64,000 bases of DNA, taken from positions 1 to 64,000 of IMG/VR virus record IMGVR_UViG_3300037067_003400. One strand, 5' to 3'. Made by a program: the position numbers and the translations under genes. The DNA is from a virus (taxonomy: Duplodnaviria > Caudoviricetes). The notes beneath the pieces are model-generated. The model saw nothing but the letters and a program-made list of their open reading frames with translations. It did not search any database and was not told the DNA's origin. Positions 39,588-48,159 of this stretch are shown piece by piece (the stretch's first letter is position 1; the number at the start of each line of letters is the position of its first letter).

Positions 39588-40447
39588 ATGAAAAGGTATG
39601 ATTTAATGCGAGACACTTACTTCGGTGACCACACAGATTTCATAAGTGTGGGAGATGTGGATAGCTACGATGAGGCTACCCAAGCTATATACAACTTACT
39701 TGATAGAGAGGATAATCCTCCTAAATCAATTAAGATGAAAGTCATATTCGATGGCGATGACCCAACCGTTACCTTCCATACCTCAGGAGACAAATTTATG
39801 TTGGTGCCTTGTAGGTTTGTTATAAGAAGAGGTATCTACGGTGCAATAGTAGGGTATGCCAGAGACAACGATAGTGGAGCTGTCTATGATAAAATCATCA
39901 CTGATGATATGAACAGGGATAACCCATTGGAAATGGTAAAGGGTGAGCTTGTTCATACAGGTAAGGTTACCATAACCTCTAAACCCTTTATTCCAGATGA
40001 GGGATTGACAGCAGTAGTAGTTGCTTCAAGTCCGTTTGATAATGTCACTTACGAAATTTATGACTTAGATTATAAGGAGTGTGACAATGACGAAGATAGG
40101 GAGTATCCTCTATGAAGAAATCTGATATGGATTTAGTAAGATTTGACGCCCAGATTGATAGATTGGCTATTGAAAACAATCTAGCAGAGCTTGATGTCTT
40201 AGAAATGAAAGAAGAGTTGAGAATGGACATTAAGCCCCAGTATGCCGTAGTAGACTTTGCTTCTCAAGAAAGCATAGGTCACGTCTACTTTCAGGTTGAA
40301 GTCCCTGCGTTAATTAGAGACTACTTAGAACCTGAATTCAAGTCAGTTCCTCTGGTCTTTAAGATAGTGAAAAGAAAAGAGGTTGTTTACCACGCTGTTG
40401 GTTATGATAGTGACGAGAGTAGATTTTTTACTCTTGTGCATCTATAA
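39588..40447 (+). CDS. Two coupled hypothetical proteins (39588..40115, 40112..40447)
   Basis: AAGGAG RBS; ATGA overlap. Confidence 0.65.
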
Positions 40448-40529
40448 ATGTTACATATGTAACCTATAATTCTTTAAATTATAGGAAATCAGATGGTGAA
40501 CCAATCGACATTTCTTAAGGAGATATGGT

Positions 40530-41033
40530 ATGTTTAAAGGAGACCAATTCTTTCTCAGTAACTTCTACCCCGTCAGTATCAATTATGACGGGGACGTTTA
40601 TCCTTCAGTGGAGAATGCTTTTCAGGCGGCTAAAACTGCTAAAGAAAACAGAGCTCCATTTCTTACTTGTCACCCATCTATAGCTAAGAAGCTTGGTAGA
40701 AAAGTTAAGCTTAGAAAAGATTGGGAGAAGAGTAAAAAAGACTTGTTGCTTTACTTATTGAAAGTAAAGTTTATGCATCCAGAGCTACGTAAAAGGTTAT
40801 TGTCTACTGGTAATACAATACTGGTAGAAGAGAATACGTGGCACGATAACTTTTGGGGAAAATGTATTTGTCCCCTATGTGATAGTGTCTCACATCTTAA
40901 TGTTCTTGGTGACTTGCTTATGCAGGTTAGGGAGTCTATGAAACAGCTTCAAGTTAAAACTCAAGGCTCTAAAAAACCTACTTATTATTATATCAAAGGA
41001 GATACTGAAAGTATCACCGTCAAAGGAGATTGA
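40530..41033 (+). CDS. NADAR (YbiA-like) family protein
   Basis: FLSNFY, SVENAFQAAK, KKLGR..W, KF...LL.TG...LVE, D.FWG, N.LG.LLM.VR. Confidence 0.9.
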   Translation: MFKGDQFFLSNFYPVSINYDGDVYPSVENAFQAAKTAKENRAPFLTCHPSIAKKLGRKVKLRKDWEKSKKDLLLYLLKVKFMHPELRKRLLSTGNTILVEENTWHDNFWGKCICPLCDSVSHLNVLGDLLMQVRESMKQLQVKTQGSKKPTYYYIKGDTESITVKGD

Positions 41034-41034
41034 T

Positions 41035-41688
41035 ATGAAAATCTATACAGATGGTTCTTATGACGTTGCCCGAGAAATGGGTTCGTGGGCATATGTAACT
41101 GAAGCTGGAGAATCTGCCTCCGGCATTATAGCTTATCCAGAGGCTCGTAACATTGATGGAGAGATTTTAGCTGTGATAATGGCTATAGACAAATATCCAG
41201 AAGCTCAAATCTTCACAGACTTACAGGGTATACCAAGATGGGTTTCCAAAAAGTGGAAAGCCAATACACTTGTATCACAGAACTTGCAGAATTTTATGAC
41301 TGGAAGAAAGAATGTTATCACGTGGGTTAAAGGACACAGTGGAAACCCAACCAACGAGCAAGTGCACAAGTTAGCATCTTCGATTCTAAAGTCAGAAGAA
41401 GCTACCAAGATATACAACCGTAAAAAGTGCAGGGCTCAATACTCCCCAGAGTTTAATACTCTACCTGATACTTTTAAAAAGACTATAATAGGTGATGTAG
41501 TCCAAGAGGCTATAGCAAATAATATAGTCTTCAACTTCGAGAGACCAGATTATGGTATCACTGAATTTCTTGCTGATTATGGCTTAGAGTTTATGAGTGG
41601 CAAAACCAATTTCATAGGCACTAAAGATATGTCAGTAGAGACACAGCTTATTATAGTCAAGAAGCTTGTTAATGCTCTTGTCTTGTGA
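41035..41688 (+). CDS. rnhA: Ribonuclease HI-like protein
   Basis: IYTDGS, GEILA, IFTD, WVKGHSG..NE; the last catalytic Asp appears replaced by His (NEQVHKLA). Confidence 0.85.
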   Translation: MKIYTDGSYDVAREMGSWAYVTEAGESASGIIAYPEARNIDGEILAVIMAIDKYPEAQIFTDLQGIPRWVSKKWKANTLVSQNLQNFMTGRKNVITWVKGHSGNPTNEQVHKLASSILKSEEATKIYNRKKCRAQYSPEFNTLPDTFKKTIIGDVVQEAIANNIVFNFERPDYGITEFLADYGLEFMSGKTNFIGTKDMSVETQLIIVKKLVNALVL

Positions 41689-41775
41689 TTTATGCCCTGC
41701 GACCTTTTCTGAGTGGATCCCTATGCTCCAATATGCTTAGTGGATCCCTCTTAACTTTTTAACTCTTGCTATGGT

Positions 41776-43311
41776 ATGGATATTCTTTCCATAGCTATTC
41801 CTGTTATCAGTAAGCTACAACAATACTTAGTATGCTTACTTAAGGGGAGTAATTCCCAGAAAGAGAGAGTTAAGTTGGACACTGAATCTAAATCTTCAGT
41901 AGTTCGAACAGGCTTTGAGGTTACAAGCCAGTTGCAAACAATGGGCGGAGTCTCATCATCCGAATTTGTTTGGAATAGAAAAAACCTAAGGAATACTATC
42001 TTTGACCCTTGTTTTATGGGCAAAGATGTATACATTGACCTTCTCAAAGTGTCGAATGGCACTGGTTTCCCAATGTATGAGGATGGTATTCCTCTTCAGC
42101 TAATACTTATTCCTTGGGATTTACGCAAGGACTTAAAGAAGAACTATAATGGAACCTATCTGCTTAGTGGGTTGTTAGCATCTGCTAATGAGCTTGCAGG
42201 TGAGGTTTCAAAGGCTAAAGTTTCTGGTGATATAAAGAGAGTTCAATCTTTAGTAACCAGAACTTGTTGCGCTTATGCTGAAGAACTATTGAGAACTCTC
42301 AATATAGATTTAGCACGACCAAGAAATAAATTATCTGGGAACCTTGTTGCCGTCCCAGATATAAGACACGATATCTTCTCGAGTTTAACTGCCTTTAAGA
42401 GAGGCTTGATTTCAGACTTGAGACCTGGTGAGATAGGTGTCTCTACTAAGGTTCTTAACAAAATTAATAACGGGAGAGACGTTCCAAAACGTATTGTTAA
42501 GAATGGTGACTATTTCATCACGAGTCGTTGGCCGTGCACTGATGTGCGTCCAATGAAGATTGTTGAACGGAATGAACATTCCTTTGTTGCTTACGTGTCA
42601 GCTGATTGGTTTACAACTACAGAGCACGAAGCTCCTATTCAACAGATGAAACTCTTCGAAGGAGACAACGACGGAGACACATTATTCTTCAACTTTGTTA
42701 CACATGTAGCAGAGGTGATGGATATATATGATAAGTTTATGGACGACGTAACCGTAGTTCCATTTACTCCAATGTCTTTAACTTATTTAGACCACGAGGT
42801 CTTAGATTGTAACGAGTTGCAGATAGCAACTGATAAGGCAGACCAGAAGAACTGGATTATGCCTTTAAGTGCAGCTATGTATGCTGGTTATGCTTTTATG
42901 GAGAACCGTGAACAACAAGGTCTCCCAGTCAATATGACTAAGCTTGAGTGGTGTGAAACTATGACTCAGGCTTTAGAGTTGTGCTTTGATAAAAAGCATA
43001 ATAATAATTCTAACCCTCGTCCTTTATATGGTATGCTCCAAGCAAAAGAGGGTTATACGTGGAATGCTGTTGTTAAGTTGCTGGAAGTCCAGAATCTTAA
43101 CATTGACATCCTTTACAAAATGCACGAAATGCTTGACGGTCAATCCCTAAGAGAAGCCGCAAGTGCTAATCTTCCGTTTAAAGTCGTGCACCAAATGCGT
43201 GGTGCTGATACTAAGAAACGCTTACAAACCATAGAAGCTTTGCTTCAGCAACCTGAACTTTGTAAGTGGTTTGTTTCTAACCTAGTTCCATCTTTACAAG
43301 GAGAGTGTTAA
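41776..43311 (+). CDS. Minimal RNA polymerase beta'-like (catalytic double-psi barrel) subunit
   Basis: FEGDNDGD ~ NADFDGD; SRWP ~ NRAP; LIPWDLR ~ VLPPDLR; SGNLVAVPD ~ SGRSVIVVG. Start codon uncertain. Confidence 0.8.
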   Translation: MDILSIAIPVISKLQQYLVCLLKGSNSQKERVKLDTESKSSVVRTGFEVTSQLQTMGGVSSSEFVWNRKNLRNTIFDPCFMGKDVYIDLLKVSNGTGFPMYEDGIPLQLILIPWDLRKDLKKNYNGTYLLSGLLASANELAGEVSKAKVSGDIKRVQSLVTRTCCAYAEELLRTLNIDLARPRNKLSGNLVAVPDIRHDIFSSLTAFKRGLISDLRPGEIGVSTKVLNKINNGRDVPKRIVKNGDYFITSRWPCTDVRPMKIVERNEHSFVAYVSADWFTTTEHEAPIQQMKLFEGDNDGDTLFFNFVTHVAEVMDIYDKFMDDVTVVPFTPMSLTYLDHEVLDCNELQIATDKADQKNWIMPLSAAMYAGYAFMENREQQGLPVNMTKLEWCETMTQALELCFDKKHNNNSNPRPLYGMLQAKEGYTWNAVVKLLEVQNLNIDILYKMHEMLDGQSLREAASANLPFKVVHQMRGADTKKRLQTIEALLQQPELCKWFVSNLVPSLQGEC

Positions 43312-43312
43312 T

Positions 43313-45271
43313 ATGGAATTTGCATATGAAATCGAGAAAGACCTATTTGAAATATATAAAATAGGTTTAGAGAAGTTCCTTGTTCTAAACTATAAGGGCA
43401 AGGAATATAAGACCAGAATTCCTATCACAAGTGATGGTAGGATAATACTGCCTTCAGGTTCTCAGCCTGTGTTTAGAAAGACTGTCGAAATCACATATGA
43501 TGATTTCAAGCCAGAAGTCAAGATGTATCAGAACATTGAGCAGTGGATTATAAAAGACTGCCAAGACCCTAAACTTCAGGGTTATATAGTTAGTATGCTG
43601 AAGCAGTCAGAGGGTGATGTCTCTGCTTGTGAAAACTTAGTTCGTGGTTTGCTTCTTAAATCATTGAATAAGTTTTATAAGTCTACTACGGTTTGGGAAG
43701 ACCCTGGTTCAGATTTTGAGTGTTTTGCTCAGAAGCTAACCTATGTCTTAGCAGATGGTGTGCCTCCTACTCGTAGAGGCGGATTCTTCCCTGATTCAGT
43801 AACTAAACACAGATTGACATTTCTCCGAGCTTTAGAAAATCAGGGAGTGTCTTCCTTGTGTGCAACTCAGCCCGGTGACCCGGGCACAACAGCTGATTGG
43901 GTTGATAAAGCAACTGGACTTCCTGTTTATATGGGAATTCAGCCGATGGCTTTAGAATGTCATCCTATGCGTTATGCTATTCAGAGAGGCTTAACGCATT
44001 TTGTTAAGTTACAAAACTCTGAAGCTCCATTTGTTAATGTAGAAGAGACATTAAAGTATCCGTCTCTTCAGACTGTGAATGCTAATGTCATTTGCGGAGA
44101 CTTAGGTCTTAACGATTCGGTGATTATTTCCCAGGACTTAGCAGATAGACTTACTGGTCTTGAGGATGAGGTTCACACCCATACTCTTGACGGTTTGATA
44201 ACTTGCAGAGGTGAAAGTGAGCCTTTAACTTTCCCAAGCGTCGTGAAGAGAAGTATGCTTCAGAAGACTGAAACTGCTTATGATGTCTTTGTGAGATATC
44301 GCAGACTATGGCTCTCCAAGTATGGGGATGAGAGCAAGGTTAGCCAAGTTCGTAAGAAACATCTTCTTAGTGTGATGAAAACGTGCCCGCTATTAAGTGT
44401 GGTATGTCCTGATGTTCAGGAACGTATCCACTTGAATATGTATAACTGTGAGTATGGAGAAAATAGCTCCGAGAGTTTTACTAAGTTTCGCAGATGGTTA
44501 CAACTTAATGACAAATATGCGACAGATATGTTGCCTTTTAACCATCTTAATCAGCCTGTGTCAAGAAGATTTCCCGGTGTGGGAATTGATAGACTTATAG
44601 CTGAATCTAATTCCGGTAGAAGTGTTCTTTATAAAGAATTTCACGGAATTGACAAGAATAAATGCCGAGTCGGTGCTAAGTTACAGACCGACGCAGACTT
44701 AGCAAAAGGTGTTTGTAACATCTTTGAGAATGAGCGTATGCCATTTATCAAGAGAGCTGATGGCACTATGGTTAGAGCAGATTTAGTCGTTGATATGGCT
44801 AAATCGACCAAGAAACACGGTTCTCTTCGTTTTGCTCATCTAACTATGGCTTTATATGCTATAGGACAAGCTAAAGGCGGTATAACCGTAAAGGTTTCTG
44901 AGCCGTGGAGTGATGAGAAGATTGTTGCAACTGGTAAGAGATTGGGTATCTATGATGATGAGTCTCTTACTTGTGAGATGTGGAATGATACACAGACTCA
45001 CGTTCTTGGGAAATTTCCTGCCGGCGTTATCCGTATAGGTAGACATCGTCAAGACCCTGATATTCAGGGCGGTGTCGTTGGTGAGTTAGGCAAGAAAGAG
45101 TTAACTGCAAGAAACGTTCTTAAAGAATCTGGAGTTAGAGATGGTTTTATTGATACTAACGTTCAGATGGCTTTTGGTTTCATAGAGTCAGCTAAAGAAC
45201 TCAGGCGTGTAACTCCCAGTGCAAAGAAGAAAGTTAATGCACTTGAGAGAGTTTTAGTGTTCAATAACTAA
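43313..45271 (+). CDS. Minimal RNA polymerase beta-like subunit
   Basis: NDSVIISQDL ~ EDAILISERL; GAKL...KGVC....RMPF...DG...DLVV ~ GDKL...KGVV....DMPF..DG..VDIV; SGVRDG.....MAFG ~ GGQRFG.....EAYG; SEAPFV ~ AEAPIV. Confidence 0.85.
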   Translation: MEFAYEIEKDLFEIYKIGLEKFLVLNYKGKEYKTRIPITSDGRIILPSGSQPVFRKTVEITYDDFKPEVKMYQNIEQWIIKDCQDPKLQGYIVSMLKQSEGDVSACENLVRGLLLKSLNKFYKSTTVWEDPGSDFECFAQKLTYVLADGVPPTRRGGFFPDSVTKHRLTFLRALENQGVSSLCATQPGDPGTTADWVDKATGLPVYMGIQPMALECHPMRYAIQRGLTHFVKLQNSEAPFVNVEETLKYPSLQTVNANVICGDLGLNDSVIISQDLADRLTGLEDEVHTHTLDGLITCRGESEPLTFPSVVKRSMLQKTETAYDVFVRYRRLWLSKYGDESKVSQVRKKHLLSVMKTCPLLSVVCPDVQERIHLNMYNCEYGENSSESFTKFRRWLQLNDKYATDMLPFNHLNQPVSRRFPGVGIDRLIAESNSGRSVLYKEFHGIDKNKCRVGAKLQTDADLAKGVCNIFENERMPFIKRADGTMVRADLVVDMAKSTKKHGSLRFAHLTMALYAIGQAKGGITVKVSEPWSDEKIVATGKRLGIYDDESLTCEMWNDTQTHVLGKFPAGVIRIGRHRQDPDIQGGVVGELGKKELTARNVLKESGVRDGFIDTNVQMAFGFIESAKELRRVTPSAKKKVNALERVLVFNN

Positions 45272-45340
45272 GGTACGGCCTTCGGCCTACCTACTACGAC
45301 TTACTTTACCACACTTTATATCTCTCGAGTTGATGGGATT

Positions 45341-45377
45341 GGGAGCCTGCCCTTAGCGGGGTGGGCTCCCCCTTTTT
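45341..45377 (+). terminator. Intrinsic terminator after the RNAP genes
   Basis: GGGAGCCTGCCC/GGGTGGGCTCCC stem (with G-U pairs) followed by CCTTTTT. Confidence 0.75.
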
Positions 45378-45415
45378 GGCTTCTGAAAGCCATATCACAA
45401 TTCCCGTCAGAAAAG

Positions 45416-46678
45416 GTGAGAGCTATGCGAGTTAGGAATGCTAAAGGTGAAGAATACGAAGTCATTCGTTACACAGGTAACAATGACAAAGAGGTTTTAA
45501 GTTTCATGGCTGAATGTGCTAAGCCACATTGGAAAGACCCGTTAGAGGAAGGTTCTTGGTTACTTAAGAGCCATTTTAGTCCTAAAGCAGGTGTTGTGCA
45601 TCCTACTGTCATGCGTATTAAAAGTGACGTTTTTGACAAGAATTTCACACTAATTGATATGGATATGTCCGTGTTTTCTAAAGGTTGTAACAATTGCGGC
45701 ACAAGTGTGGGCTGTGATGACAAGATGGTATGCAAAGGCTGTTATGATGACCTTAGCCATCTGTTCCATAGTATGTGTGAGCAAAATAGTAGCCTTATCA
45801 AGAGAAATAAAGACCTTGAAGGTAGCCATACATTTGTTGAGGGTAGACTTACTACTCTTCAAGCTAAGTATGCTGAACTTTGTGAAGACTATAGAGAATT
45901 AACACGTATAGAGAATTCTCAACGTGTTGAACTTTCTAAGCTTCATGATAAAATACCACCTATTACAAATAATGGTGTTCCTCCCATTGGTGAGGTTTAC
46001 AACCATCTTATAGAGCTTACTGAAAGCTTAGTGACTCATAAGGCGCATCGTGTTAGTTATAATGGCACTACAGCTGTAAAAGAAGCTGATGTTTTAGCTA
46101 TCTACGTTACTGAAGAAAATGAAGAGATAGCTAATCACATTATTCATAGGGATACCGATTGTGAGCAAGATATTAAGCCAGGGTTCTGGTTTATAATTGA
46201 GGGAGACAAGTGGGCTTCTACAAATAATTCTACTTACTTCCATCAGTTCTACCATCTCCTCACACCGGACTCAAAAGGTTTCCCAGAACCAGGTTTACAG
46301 TTAGATAAAGTAGTAGAGTCTTTCAAGCCTGAAGTCTTAAAGGTTGAAGACCTTGTATTAGAACCTTCGGTTCCAAAGGTCAAGAGCTCTATGACTATCT
46401 CTGGTGAGACTATGAGAGATATATACGGCGGTGTTGTAGTAGCTACTGTATATAAGAAGACTAGAAATGGAACCTTAGATTACGATAAGCCTTTTAGGGC
46501 TATTCGAGTTATGGGTCTTAACTATGAAAAGGCTTGTGAGATAGTAAAGAAGTGCTGTCCTACTTGCCATGTAAAACCAGCCAAGTTCTCTTGGTTTGTG
46601 TGGGATGAGAATGGATGGTTCCAAACTATCTTTACACACAAAGACTTTCATGGTCGTTATCACATAGAGGATAACTAA
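45416..46678 (+). CDS. Hypothetical protein with three diverged copies of one small domain, a CxxC/CxxC cluster and a coiled coil
   Basis: Repeated [VA]I.[YV]...N...W[LF]...F...[FY] pattern. Confidence 0.6.
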   Translation: MRAMRVRNAKGEEYEVIRYTGNNDKEVLSFMAECAKPHWKDPLEEGSWLLKSHFSPKAGVVHPTVMRIKSDVFDKNFTLIDMDMSVFSKGCNNCGTSVGCDDKMVCKGCYDDLSHLFHSMCEQNSSLIKRNKDLEGSHTFVEGRLTTLQAKYAELCEDYRELTRIENSQRVELSKLHDKIPPITNNGVPPIGEVYNHLIELTESLVTHKAHRVSYNGTTAVKEADVLAIYVTEENEEIANHIIHRDTDCEQDIKPGFWFIIEGDKWASTNNSTYFHQFYHLLTPDSKGFPEPGLQLDKVVESFKPEVLKVEDLVLEPSVPKVKSSMTISGETMRDIYGGVVVATVYKKTRNGTLDYDKPFRAIRVMGLNYEKACEIVKKCCPTCHVKPAKFSWFVWDENGWFQTIFTHKDFHGRYHIEDN

Positions 46679-47217
46679 AAAATTTTGTCTCCTGAAAGCT
46701 ATACTCGGGCTACTTAGAGGAAGATACTCTTCTTCTATAGGTAGCCCCTCTTTATTTTTTACCTGAAGGTAGGTGATGTGTTGAAAGCTAATTGGATTGT
46801 GTTGTTTATTATATTGGCTGTCATCTGTGCTATCTTTGGACCGGGAGCTGCCTTGATAGTTCTTGGCATACTCTTGTTTGCCAGATGGTGTGCGTATGAT
46901 GATGAACAACAAAGAAAGAATAAGCAGTAGGTGTTGGGAGGCTGCGCCCCTTCGGGGCTTGCCTTCTCTTGGACGGGGCGTGTCGTCATCACGGAGTAGA
47001 AGATACGTTCGTATCTTCGGAGTGATACGGACTTCGTCCTACCTACTACGGCTTACGCGCCGTTTACTATTTATCTCTTTTTGTGAGGGATTCAGAGAGT
47101 GTTTCCTTCTATGAGGCAACAAACCTCAACAAGAACTATGTAGGTTAATTGCCTTCGTATCTTCTATTGTTGTTCGAGGTTGACGAGACCTCTATTCTAT
47201 ATCTTAGGAGTATACTA

Positions 47218-47862
47218 ATGTCTAAAACGCAAACACCAGCAGATACTGCTGAAGACCTTGGCACTATTGTTTCTTTAGAAGAAGTTAAAGAAGCAGTTGC
47301 CAATGTAAAACCAGAAATCCTTGCAATTTCTGATTTAGATTTAGGAAGTGATACGGTCGATACCAAACTTCCAAGATTTGAACGTGCGATGGTCAAGAAG
47401 TATAAATACTTCGCAGAATTAGACGGCATTAAAGCCTTCTATTCCCTTGTTTTTGTTAAAACAGAAACAGGTGTGGTCAAGACCAATCCACAGGGTAAGC
47501 CAATTATTAGTGGCTTGCAGGTTGGGATTATCTTCGATGTTTTAGGTTCTCCAGGTATGCTTGATAGCATATACATAAAGAAGAACCCAAGTGGCAACTT
47601 CTTCTGGATTGTCGGTGACGCTCAACAGACTATAACCGGCAAGATAAAAGACGTTGACTATGAACAAGTCGTGTCAAATATGTCAGCTGTTGGAACAGGC
47701 GACTCCGTCAAATACTTTGATGAATGCCGTTTCAATAAGCTCACACCAGCTAAAGAGGGAAGACCTAAAGGCGGTATCTACCCTGTCTTCGCATTGAATA
47801 TGAAAGAACTTGCTCCTGTGTTATGGGCAGGGCTTTCAAAAGCAGAACCTATAGTTATATAA
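47218..47862 (+). CDS. Hypothetical protein, possibly nucleic-acid binding (start revised)
   Basis: AGGAG RBS before MSKTQTP; followed by a strong hairpin near 47878-47907. Confidence 0.6.
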   Translation: MSKTQTPADTAEDLGTIVSLEEVKEAVANVKPEILAISDLDLGSDTVDTKLPRFERAMVKKYKYFAELDGIKAFYSLVFVKTETGVVKTNPQGKPIISGLQVGIIFDVLGSPGMLDSIYIKKNPSGNFFWIVGDAQQTITGKIKDVDYEQVVSNMSAVGTGDSVKYFDECRFNKLTPAKEGRPKGGIYPVFALNMKELAPVLWAGLSKAEPIVI

Positions 47863-48159
47863 GTGTTTTTTTTGTGGTATGGGGAATAGTTAAACTATTC
47901 CCTATGCCTATTTCTGTTAATTTTTTACATTAATTTTTTAAGATGTGGGAGCTTTGGTAGCTTTTATTCACCTCGTAACCAAAGCTCCTGCTTTAAATTC
48001 TTGCTATTATAAAGTATATCTGATGAGATACTCGTTATCTCAATCATTGAGGTAGTCTACGGTTTCTCTCTCTCCTTTACGTAGGCTACCTCTAAATTAA
48101 AACAATATGATTTAGAGGCTACCTCTAAATTATTAAATTTATATTTAGAGGGTTGTATT

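Noticed and set aside
48020-48045. Second hammerhead (CTGATGA followed by a GATA/TATC stem)
   Set aside because: The stem is followed by TCAA rather than GAAA, so the catalytic core is incomplete.
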